From: Verrucomicrobiota bacterium
GTDB lineage: Bacteria > Verrucomicrobiota > Verrucomicrobiia > Limisphaerales > Palsa-1400
NCBI GenBank assembly: GCA_049510745.1
Contig: JBEKYR010000060.1
Coordinates: 1-27,063, forward strand
DNA length: 27,063 bases
Direction of reading: 5' to 3'
Made by a program: the position numbers and the translations under genes
Shown: positions 7,867 through 15,675 of the stretch, in pieces
How positions within the stretch are numbered: the first letter of the stretch is position 1
Layout: every line of letters begins with the position of its first letter
Notes under the pieces: model-generated
Told to the model about the DNA's origin: nothing
What the model saw: only the letters and a program-made list of their open reading frames with translations
Database searches by the model: none

Positions 7867-10833
7867 TCATGGCAGGAGAACGACGCGATAAAAGCGCTGG
7901 GCATTGGTTATGGCATCGGTCACGCTCAGGGTTGCGCCGCTGGCTGTCATCGGCGGTCCGAAGTTAATCCAAGCCGATTGAGCAAGGTTCGTTTGATATT
8001 GCACTTGATAGGATCGTCCAGCGGTTGCGCTCCAACCAAACATAAACGAATTGGACTGCACGCTCGCGGCCTGAAGGGTTGGGGGTGGGATGGACAGGGG
8101 CATGTTGCTTACTGCCGGCGTGAGCAGAAACGTGCCATAGCCATTCGTACCGGTGCCCCCTGCGACTATCCAGCCGCTGTCGTTGATGGCGACCGCGGTT
8201 TCGAGGTTAATCACCGTGTTGGGGATAATAAGGTTGTTCAGATCGGCCATGGCCCTTCCGTTATAGATGAAGGCGTGGAAGGGGCCGTTGGAGACGCTGA
8301 CGAGGCCGTCCTCGAGGGGGCCGATGCCGACGAATGAGTAACCGACAATCTGGCCGCTATTATTTATGCCGAGGGCTTCGCTGACGCCATTGCCGTTGCC
8401 AAGGGTTCCCAGGTCTGTCATCGTCCCCCCGCTGTAGCTGAAGGCGTGGAACGTGGAACCGACGTAGATGTTGAGAAAGGTGTCGGAGTAACCGACAACC
8501 TCGCCACTGTTGTTGATGGCATTGCCGGCACTGTACGTGCCGTCAACCAGTGTGCCCAGATCGGTTATCGTGCCACCGCTGTAGATTGCTGCGTGGTCCT
8601 TGTAAACACCTGTAATTTGGCCCTCGTCGTTGATCGACGTTGTGATGTCAAGGCCCACAGAGGTCCACGTGCCGCCGCTATATAAACCGTAAGTACCCAC
8701 GGCCTGGCCACTGTTATTGATACTCGTGAAAGCCGCTCTGAGCAGATATGTCAGCGTCCCGCCGCTGTAGATGAAGCCAAGCTGATCACTGCCGCCATTG
8801 AGGGAGCCGGCATAGCCGACAATCTCGCCGCTATCATTGATGCCGATGGCAGTGACGTTCGTGTTGCCAAACAGTGCGCCCAAATCGATCAACTCGTCTT
8901 CGCTGTCCACGCTCTGCCCCGCTCCGTTGTACAGGAATGAGTCACCATCGGGAGGGTCAAGTCCCGGACGCACGGTCCATCCAACCACTTGGCCGCGATT
9001 ATTAATACAGGGGCCGCATCCAATCTCAGCTTCAAAGGTGGGCACGTCTCCATTGCCGACTTCCATGCTTCCCAGGGGAGTAACGGCATAATAAATTCCC
9101 TGGACCACGGCGACCGCACTTGTAATCGAACCGGCAGGATTGCTGACAATGACCGTGTAGCTACCCGGATCATTCGTAGTCAGACTGTTGAAGGTTAAAG
9201 TTGCCGCCGCAGTGCCCGAATAGTCGCCGTTGTCCCAAATATTCGTTCCGTCCATTTGCCACTGGAACGTCATTGGCTGGGCGCTGCCTGCCTGCACACT
9301 CAACGTCAGCGTGCTGCCTAGCAGGTTGGTTTGCCCAACTGGTTGCGTGATGATCGAAGGAAGCACGCCAGGGCTGACCACGGCAACCGCGCTTGTGATC
9401 GAACCAAAGGCGTTGCTGACGACCACCGTGTAACTGCCGGCGTCATTTGTGGACAGATCACTGAAGCTCAAGGTCGCGTTGGTTGATTCGGTAATATCCC
9501 CGGCATCCGTAAGATTCGCTCCGTTGACCTGCCACTGATAGCTCAACGGGGCTGTGCCGCCCGCCAGAACCGGAAGCGACATCGCCGCGCCGATCAGGTT
9601 GTTCCGGCTGATGGGCTGATGGATAATGAAGGGCGGCGCCGACAGCGGCCATTGGAATATGATGCCCGCAGCAGGGTAATTTGTTCCTCCTTCGGCGGTG
9701 GCGCCATAAAGATTTCCGTCTTGGCCCTGTACCATCGCACATGCCGGATAGGCTCCTATGGGCATACAAAAAGAGTATAACACAGAATAATCGCCGTTTG
9801 AAGAGACTTCAAATATCGTGCCCTCCCCACAGGCGCCTCCATTTTTTGTTGTGCCATAGATATTTCCGTCACTGGCCAAAACCAATCCATTCGGATAAAC
9901 GTCGCCCTGCCAGAAGCTGTACAGATTGGTCAAATCCCCATCAGGGGTGATGCGGTAGATTGAGCCGACGCCGTCAACCCCTCCATACGAGGTCGTTCCG
10001 TATAGGTTGCCGTCGGCGCCGAAAACTAACTGAGAGTTGGGATAGTTCCCGTTGGTGCCTGAGCTGGGGAACGTATAACACCAAATGAGCGTTCCGTTTG
10101 TGGTCATCTTGAAAACGGTTCCGGCGCCTCCGCCCGGACCTCCGCCAGATCCAGCCGAGGAGGCCGTTCCGTAGAGGTAACCGCCGGCGTCTTGCGTCAA
10201 ACCGGCTGCGGGTTGACAGCCCGTTGGCGGATAAATGTACGGATTACTGGATCCGAATGCATAGATGTCTGTTAACGTTCCGTCCGGGGTAATTTGAAAA
10301 ACCGTTCCCAATGAACCTATATTCGTCGGGCCGCCGTCATAAGTCGTGCCGTAGAAATTGCCATCCGAGGCCTGCATCAGCGGTGCTTCAACGTTGTAGC
10401 CATCAAAGCCGTCGAACGAGAATTGCCATATCAGAGATCCATTGGTGCTCAACTTAAATGTCGTGCCGTAGCCTCCTCCGTTCTGAAATGGCGCCAAACG
10501 CAACGGATCAACTCCTCCGTCGTACGTCGTGCCATAGAGGTACCCGTCAGTTCCCTGAACCAGGTTCGCGTCAATATGTGCGAACGTGTAGAGGGGGGTG
10601 AAGACGCCCGAGGGCGTCACTTGGAACACTACTCCGGGAGGATAGTTCGGATAAGGCAGGCCGCCGTTAGCCCCGTAAAAGTTGCCGTCCGATCCTTGTA
10701 TGAGCCAGACGTTATCATGCGGCCAGAACGATTCAGGAAAGGACATCAGGGTTGTAAGGGGTTGCGCCTCAACCACAAAGACGAAGGAGACAGCCTGCAA
10801 GGCGGCCGCCAAAAACACAGTTTTCCATTTCAT
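7867..10833 (-). CDS. Secreted/surface protein: 7 GloVer-type (DGNFYGTT...GTVF) repeats, 2 Ig-like domains, about 7 HAF-type repeats, Verrucomicrobial-style C-terminal domain
   Basis: Signal peptide MKWKTVFLAAALQAVSFVFVVEA (start ATG 10833); repeats LxQxxDGxxYGTT; Ig domains PxIxxQP...YQWQ...DAGSYTVVVSN; INxxGQxVG...HAF-Y-GG-MTDLG; ends AQRFYRVVLLP. Confidence 0.88.
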   Translation of the reverse strand: MKWKTVFLAAALQAVSFVFVVEAQPLTTLMSFPESFWPHDNVWLIQGSDGNFYGANGGLPYPNYPPGVVFQVTPSGVFTPLYTFAHIDANLVQGTDGYLYGTTYDGGVDPLRLAPFQNGGGYGTTFKLSTNGSLIWQFSFDGFDGYNVEAPLMQASDGNFYGTTYDGGPTNIGSLGTVFQITPDGTLTDIYAFGSSNPYIYPPTGCQPAAGLTQDAGGYLYGTASSAGSGGGPGGGAGTVFKMTTNGTLIWCYTFPSSGTNGNYPNSQLVFGADGNLYGTTSYGGVDGVGSIYRITPDGDLTNLYSFWQGDVYPNGLVLASDGNIYGTTKNGGACGEGTIFEVSSNGDYSVLYSFCMPIGAYPACAMVQGQDGNLYGATAEGGTNYPAAGIIFQWPLSAPPFIIHQPISRNNLIGAAMSLPVLAGGTAPLSYQWQVNGANLTDAGDITESTNATLSFSDLSTNDAGSYTVVVSNAFGSITSAVAVVSPGVLPSIITQPVGQTNLLGSTLTLSVQAGSAQPMTFQWQMDGTNIWDNGDYSGTAAATLTFNSLTTNDPGSYTVIVSNPAGSITSAVAVVQGIYYAVTPLGSMEVGNGDVPTFEAEIGCGPCINNRGQVVGWTVRPGLDPPDGDSFLYNGAGQSVDSEDELIDLGALFGNTNVTAIGINDSGEIVGYAGSLNGGSDQLGFIYSGGTLTYLLRAAFTSINNSGQAVGTYGLYSGGTWTSVGLDITTSINDEGQITGVYKDHAAIYSGGTITDLGTLVDGTYSAGNAINNSGEVVGYSDTFLNIYVGSTFHAFSYSGGTMTDLGTLGNGNGVSEALGINNSGQIVGYSFVGIGPLEDGLVSVSNGPFHAFIYNGRAMADLNNLIIPNTVINLETAVAINDSGWIVAGGTGTNGYGTFLLTPAVSNMPLSIPPPTLQAASVQSNSFMFGWSATAGRSYQVQYQTNLAQSAWINFGPPMTASGATLSVTDAITNAQRFYRVVLLP

Positions 10834-10998
10834 AAGTTTTTTGCGCGTAGCGGAATCGGTCATTTTTCCAAACGAAGAACATTGCATGGATTCCCTAAAG
10901 CGCAACCAAGCGCGGCAAAATTGTCCAAAGTATAAGGCGCCTTTAAAGCGGGAAAGATGAACTATTAAACAATTTTATGTTTGTCTAAGTCCTTATTG

Positions 10999-11028
10999 TC
11001 TGCGTCCTTCTGCGTCTTTCCGCGGGCA
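10999..11028. repeat. 10-bp period triplet, core TCyGCG
   Basis: tctgcgtcct tctgcgtctt tccgcgggca. Confidence 0.75.
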
Positions 11029-11159
11029 AAAAACCCCATAACTCCTTATCTCCGCGCTCATTGCAATGCACTATCCCAAAATCGCTCATTTCTGAAAAAC
11101 CTTTTTCACCACGAAGCGCGCGAACACGAAGGTCCGAATAGGCCCATCTGGATGGTTTT

Positions 11160-11189
11160 ATCCGTGTGAATCCGTGTCCATCCGTGGTT
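11160..11189. repeat. 10-bp period triplet, core ATCCGTG
   Basis: atccgtgtga atccgtgtcc atccgtggtt. Confidence 0.85.
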
Positions 11190-11236
11190 AAAAATTGGGT
11201 TGCGGCTGCCGCCCCTTCGCGGCAATCCTGCCCCCT

Positions 11237-11263
11237 TTCCGTGTATTCGGTTTGCTTCGTGGC
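11237..11263. repeat. Degenerate 9-bp period triplet
   Basis: ttccgtgta ttcggtttg cttcgtggc. Confidence 0.55.
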
Positions 11264-11362
11264 CAACATCGCCCCCGCCATTCCGCACCCTCATAAATTC
11301 ACTGATTCAAACCTCACTTATTCTCCTACGGTTCTGACCTCGCAATTTTCCTGATAAAGTCC

Positions 11363-11391
11363 TTGCAAAACTCATACTTCTGTGTTACTAC
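11363..11391 (+). promoter_or_regulatory. Sigma-70-like promoter with extended -10
   Basis: TTGCAA-17 nt-TACTAC with TG one base upstream of the -10; ATG at 11400 follows 8 nt later. Confidence 0.5.
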
Positions 11392-11399
11392 ACCCGTCG

Positions 11400-11564
11400 A
11401 TGAAATACTCATCACATCGGACGACGCAGGGTTCGGCTCCGGGCGCGCCGCCAGCGGCCCGTTCATTCGTCTTATACGTCCGATTCGTCCCACTGGTCCG
11501 GTTGCTCCCTTTCGCCCGCTTCGCGTCGCGTTTCCCGACGCCTAATCAAACTGGATCAAACTGA
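11400..11564 (+). other. Candidate 54-aa small ORF or repeat-rich sRNA
   Basis: MKYSSHRTTQGSAPGAPPAARSFVLYVRFVPLVRLLPFARFASRFPTPNQTGSN*; directly follows a promoter-like element; no recognisable domain. Confidence 0.25.
11465..11500. repeat. 9-bp period array, 4 units, GTC core
   Basis: attcgtctt atacgtccg attcgtccc actggtccg. Confidence 0.7.
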
Positions 11565-11590
11565 ATCAAACTGGATCAAACCAAATCAAG
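11541..11590. repeat. 10-bp period tandem array, 5 units, invariant ATCAA core
   Basis: cctaatcaaa ctggatcaaa ctgaatcaaa ctggatcaaa ccaaatcaag, followed by a C-rich run ccccctccccccctc. Confidence 0.92.
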
Positions 11591-11666
11591 CCCCCTCCCC
11601 CCCTCTTGAAATATATGATAAAACACGACACATCAGAATCCCTCGGAACCAGCCTCAAAAAAGAAC

Positions 11667-11695
11667 TTGGCTCACGCTGCGTTTGATGCTTTATT
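11667..11695 (+). promoter_or_regulatory. Sigma-70-like promoter for the methyltransferase-gmd pair (probably leaderless)
   Basis: TTGGCT-17 nt-TTTATT with extended TG; ATG at 11704 is 8 nt downstream; no Shine-Dalgarno. Confidence 0.45.
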
Positions 11696-11703
11696 CCGCG
11701 CCG

Positions 11704-12990
11704 ATGTCCAATACGTCCTTTTCACCCATTTTAGTGACGCGCAACTTCTGCCGGATTTGCGCCTCCAAGGCGCTCACCCCCGTCCTCAGCCTCGGAGACC
11801 AGTATATCGCCGGCGCCTTCGCCGATCCCAACGGCAAACCCCCCGTCCAACGCCGCATCCCCCTCGATCTGGTCCGCTGCGACCCCAGCCAGGACCAAAA
11901 CGCCTGCGGCCTGGTCCAGTTGAAGCATTCCGTGCCCCCGAACATCCTTTACCGCAGCTATTGGTACCGCTCCGGCATCAACCAAACCATGCGCGACAAC
12001 CTGGCCGGCATCGCCCGCCACGCCGAACAAACCGTCGAATTGCGCGGCGGCGACCTGGTCCTCGACATCGGGTGCAACGACGGCACGCTGCTCAAATCCT
12101 ACCGCACCCAGGGATTGCGGCTGCTGGGCTTTGATCCCGCCACCAATATCATCGAATACGCCCGCGCGGCCGGTATCCCGGTGGTCAACGATTTCTTCTC
12201 CGCCGCCAATTTGCGCGCCGTTTACCCGGACGAGAAACCCAAGGTCATCACTTCGATTGCCATGTTTTACGACCTGGAGAACCCCCACTCGTTTGTGCAG
12301 GACATCAAGACCATCCTGCACGACCAGGGGATTTGGATTCTGGAACTGAGCTATCTCCCCACCATGCTGGCGATGAATAGTTTTGACACGATCTGCCACG
12401 AGCACCTCCAATACTACAGCCTGGCCCCGATGGAACGCCTCCTGGCCGAGCACGATCTGGAGGTGATCGACGTCTCCCTCAACGACATCAACGGCGGCAG
12501 CTTCCGCGTCGTCGCCGCCCACGCGGGCAAGGTCAAGCCCGCCGACGCCGCCCGCGCCCGCGTGCAGGACATGCGCTTGCGCGAGTTTGAGCTGGCGCTG
12601 GACAGCGACGCGCCTTTCGCCGTTTTTCGCAATAACATCAAGAAAATCAAAAAGGACCTGCAAGCGTTCCTGAAAAAGGCCAAAAAGGAACGCAAGCTGG
12701 TGCATGGCTACGGCGCCTCGACCAAGGGGAACACCATCCTCCAGTACTGCGATGTCACGCCGGATTTGATGCCGGCGGTGGCCGACCGGAACAAGGACAA
12801 ATGGGGCTCGCACACCATCGGCACGAACATCCCGATCATTTCCGAGGAGGAATCGCGCCGGCAGAAGCCGGACTACTTCCTTGTCCTGCCCTGGCATTTC
12901 ATCGCGGAAATGAAAAAGCGCGAGAGCGAGTTTTTGAAGCGGGGCGGAAAATTTGTCCTGCCCATGCCGGAGGTCCACTTCCAAAGTTGA
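11704..12990 (+). CDS. NDP-hexose C-methyltransferase family, class I SAM-dependent, Zn-binding N-terminus (TcaB9/NovU/TylCIII-like)
   Basis: CRIC...LVRC...CGLVQL, YWYRSG, VLDIGCNDGTLL, FDTICHEHLQYYS, GGSFRV, YGASTKGNTIL, LVLPWHF; start ATG 11704. Confidence 0.9.
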   Translation: MSNTSFSPILVTRNFCRICASKALTPVLSLGDQYIAGAFADPNGKPPVQRRIPLDLVRCDPSQDQNACGLVQLKHSVPPNILYRSYWYRSGINQTMRDNLAGIARHAEQTVELRGGDLVLDIGCNDGTLLKSYRTQGLRLLGFDPATNIIEYARAAGIPVVNDFFSAANLRAVYPDEKPKVITSIAMFYDLENPHSFVQDIKTILHDQGIWILELSYLPTMLAMNSFDTICHEHLQYYSLAPMERLLAEHDLEVIDVSLNDINGGSFRVVAAHAGKVKPADAARARVQDMRLREFELALDSDAPFAVFRNNIKKIKKDLQAFLKKAKKERKLVHGYGASTKGNTILQYCDVTPDLMPAVADRNKDKWGSHTIGTNIPIISEEESRRQKPDYFLVLPWHFIAEMKKRESEFLKRGGKFVLPMPEVHFQS

Positions 12991-12991
12991 G

Positions 12992-14026
12992 ATGAGGAAG
13001 GCGCTCATTACCGGAATCCTGGGCCAGGACGGGACCTATCTGGCGCGCTGGCTGGTCAGCAAGGGCTACGAGGTTCACGGAACCCTTCGCCTGGCTTACA
13101 GCCGCGAGGAGGAGCGCATCCGGCGCCGCTTCACGCCGGAGGAATTGCCCCGCCTGCATTTTCACACCGCCTCCCTCGAGGACCCCTTTTCCATCGCGGC
13201 CGTCTTGCGGGAATCCGATCCCGATGAAGTCTATCACCTGGCGGGCGTGTCCGATTCGCGCCAAAGTTTTTTGATGCCGGAGCAAACCGTCCAATCCATC
13301 ACCGTCGGCACGCTGCGGTTGCTGGAGGCGGGGCGGTTGCGGCATCCGGGCGCGCGCTTTTTTCTGGCCTCGTCCTGCGAAGTCTTCGGCGCCCCGGAGC
13401 AATCTCCCCAGCGCGAAGAGACCCCGCGCCGGCCCTTGACGCCCTACGGCATCGCCAAACAGGCGGCCGACCAATTTGCCCGCCTGCACCGCGAGAAATA
13501 CGGCCAATTCATATCCGTCGGCCTGCTCTACAACCACGAATCGCCCCTGCGCCCGCCCAATTACCTGAGCCGCCGCGTGGCCAAAGCCGTGGCCGCGATC
13601 AAAAAAGGCGCGCAAAACAAACTGCGCCTGGGCGATTTGCAGGCCCAACGCGATTGGAGCGACGCCCGCGACCTCGTGCAAGGTTTCTGGCTCGCCCTGC
13701 AGGCGCCGCAGCCCGGCGAATTCATTCTTGCCTCCGGGACCAGCCGGACGGTGCGCGATTTTGTCGCCGCCGCCTTTGCCGCCGCCGGCCTGGACGCCGC
13801 CGCCCACATCGAAACCGATCCCGCCTCCGTGCCGACGGAAGTGACCCTTGGCCTGCGGGGCGACCCGTCAAAGGCGGAGCAAGTGCTCGGCTGGAAGCGG
13901 CGCTGGGATTTTGCGAGCATGGTAGGCGACCTGGTCCTGGCCGAACTGGAAGACCGCCCCGAACTCCAGCGCGCCGACCCCGACCCCCCGCCGCGTCTCG
14001 CCGCCTCAGTTTTTCCTTTTGTTTGA
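12992..14026 (+). CDS. gmd: GDP-mannose 4,6-dehydratase-like extended SDR (divergent)
   Basis: KALITGILGQDGTYLA, PDEVYHLAG, LASSCEVFG, TPYGIAK (YxxxK), YNHESPLR, LRLGDLQAQRDW, LGW; ATG 1 nt after the upstream TGA; a Rmd-like reductase is not excluded. Confidence 0.8.
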   Translation: MRKALITGILGQDGTYLARWLVSKGYEVHGTLRLAYSREEERIRRRFTPEELPRLHFHTASLEDPFSIAAVLRESDPDEVYHLAGVSDSRQSFLMPEQTVQSITVGTLRLLEAGRLRHPGARFFLASSCEVFGAPEQSPQREETPRRPLTPYGIAKQAADQFARLHREKYGQFISVGLLYNHESPLRPPNYLSRRVAKAVAAIKKGAQNKLRLGDLQAQRDWSDARDLVQGFWLALQAPQPGEFILASGTSRTVRDFVAAAFAAAGLDAAAHIETDPASVPTEVTLGLRGDPSKAEQVLGWKRRWDFASMVGDLVLAELEDRPELQRADPDPPPRLAASVFPFV

Positions 14027-14066
14027 CTAACCCATCTAGCCGGGTTCGTCGAGCACAACGGGGCCT

Positions 14067-14651
14067 TCACTGCTGCCGCGGCGCGGCGGCGCTGGCGGGA
14101 TGCGCGTTCAGGCGGCGGATGCCGTCAAATACATAAACCAGGCCGGAAGCGGCCGTCAACAACCCGGCCGCGTCCGCCAGCCAGGGCAGCGCCGCGGCGG
14201 GCCATTGCAGCAGCGTCCAGAGCACCACCGCCATTTGCAGGACCGTGGCCACCTTGCTCGACAGCCGCGGGCGCACCTGGATGGGCCCGACGGTGTAGTG
14301 GACCAGCCCCACGCCGATCAGCAGAATCGTGTCGCGGCTCAGGATGGTGACGACCAGCCAGAGGGGAAGGCGCACGAAGTGGTGGTTGTTCTCCAGGCTC
14401 AGCAGAATGACCCCCGACGTCAGGAGCAACTTGTCCGCCAGCGGGTCCAGGATCGCGCCCAATTCGCTGTGCTGCTTGTAACGGCGGGCGATGTAGCCGT
14501 CCAAGCCGTCGGCCAGCGCCGCCAGCGCGAAGGAGAAGACCGAGCCGGCCCGGTACCATTCATTGCCCGTGCGCGCGTAGTAGATGACCTGCAGGATGAA
14601 AAACGGGACCAGCAAAATTCGTCCGATGGTAATTTTGTTGGCCGTGGTCAT
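14067..14651 (-). CDS. pgsA: CDP-alcohol phosphatidyltransferase (PgsA-like)
   Basis: MTTANKITIGRILLVP; family signature DGLDGYIARRYKQHSELGAILDPLADKLL; hydrophobic throughout; exact acceptor substrate not determinable. Confidence 0.85.
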   Translation of the reverse strand: MTTANKITIGRILLVPFFILQVIYYARTGNEWYRAGSVFSFALAALADGLDGYIARRYKQHSELGAILDPLADKLLLTSGVILLSLENNHHFVRLPLWLVVTILSRDTILLIGVGLVHYTVGPIQVRPRLSSKVATVLQMAVVLWTLLQWPAAALPWLADAAGLLTAASGLVYVFDGIRRLNAHPASAAAPRQQ

Positions 14652-14798
14652 TGCGCGCCGCAATTCTTGCGCCCGCCGCGCCGCGCCGTCAATCTTTCCA
14701 AATGCGCCCGCGGGCCGGCCGGATTTGGCGGTTGAAAACAGGGCCGCGCGGGTATATTCGTCTCCATCGCCACGACAATGAATCGCCCATCATAACTT

Positions 14799-15662
14799 AT
14801 GAAGCCCGAAAGAATCGACCGCCGCCGCTTCCTCCAAACCAGCCTCCTCGGCTCCTCGGCCGCCCTGGCCGCCAACCTGGGCGCCAACGCCTTTGGCGCC
14901 GTGACCAAACCGGAACGCGACCCGGATGGCGGACTCAAACTCGGCATCGCCTCCTACACGTTCCGCAAGTTCACCCTGGACCAGGCCATCGACATGACCA
15001 AACAGGCGGGTTTCAAATACATCAATCTCAAAGACGTCCACCTCCCGCTCAAGAGCACGACCGAAGAACGGCAGGCGGCGCGGCAAAAGATCGAAGCCGC
15101 CGGCCTCAAACTCATGGGCGGCGGCGTCATCACGTTCAGAAACGACGCGGCTGAAATCCAGCACATCTTCGAATACGCCAAAGAGGCGGGCATGCCGGTC
15201 ATTGTTTGCAGCCCCGCCCTGGAAGCGCTCGACGCCATCGAGAAGAAGGCCAGGGAATTCGACATTGTCATCGCCATTCACAATCACGGTCCGACCGACA
15301 AGACCTACCCGTCGCCCCTGGATGTCTTTGCCCTGGTCAAAGACCGGGACCCGCTCATGGGCATTTGCATGGACATCGGCCACACGGTGCGGATCGGGGT
15401 GGACCCGGTGGAGTGCGTTGACCGCTGCGGCGACCGCCTGCACGACTTGCACATGAAAGATGAAACCAAGGCGGCCGCGGACGGAAAGCCGACGGAACTG
15501 GGCCGGGGCGTCATCGACATCGTCGGGGTGCTCAAGGCGCTGTCGGCGCGGAAGTTTCCCTACCACATCGGCCTGGAGTACGAGGCCCACGCGGACAACC
15601 CGCAGCCCTACGTCATGGAATGCGCCGGTTACCTGCGCGGAGCGCTGGCGGCGATGGCGTGA
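14799..15662 (+). CDS. Tat-exported sugar phosphate isomerase/epimerase (xylose-isomerase-like TIM barrel)
   Basis: Tat signal IDRRRFLQ; LGIASYTFRKF, IAIHNHGP, CMDIGH, LHMKD, GRGVID, LEYE. Confidence 0.88.
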   Translation: MKPERIDRRRFLQTSLLGSSAALAANLGANAFGAVTKPERDPDGGLKLGIASYTFRKFTLDQAIDMTKQAGFKYINLKDVHLPLKSTTEERQAARQKIEAAGLKLMGGGVITFRNDAAEIQHIFEYAKEAGMPVIVCSPALEALDAIEKKAREFDIVIAIHNHGPTDKTYPSPLDVFALVKDRDPLMGICMDIGHTVRIGVDPVECVDRCGDRLHDLHMKDETKAAADGKPTELGRGVIDIVGVLKALSARKFPYHIGLEYEAHADNPQPYVMECAGYLRGALAAMA

Positions 15663-15675
15663 GACGCCCTCCCGC

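Noticed and set aside
10834..10905. N-terminal extension of the 1012-aa ORF (also extensions at 149, 11683, 12953, 14663, 23990 and 23779)
   Set aside because: Downstream ATGs give proper signal peptides or family N-termini; the extensions overlap promoters or neighbouring genes
11059..11068. Perfect palindrome CATTGCAATG as an operator
   Set aside because: Single 10-bp palindrome, plausible by chance in 27 kb, with no second copy or linked regulator seen
10985..11354. Short ORFs 10981-11169, 10985-11281, 11106-11294 and 11166-11354
   Set aside because: Mutually overlapping translations of the micro-repeats (e.g. TTDGHGFTRI); no coding-like codon bias or domain
10999..11590. CRISPR array
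   Set aside because: Units are 9-10 bp and contiguous; no identical 23-47 bp repeats with unique spacers; no cas genes
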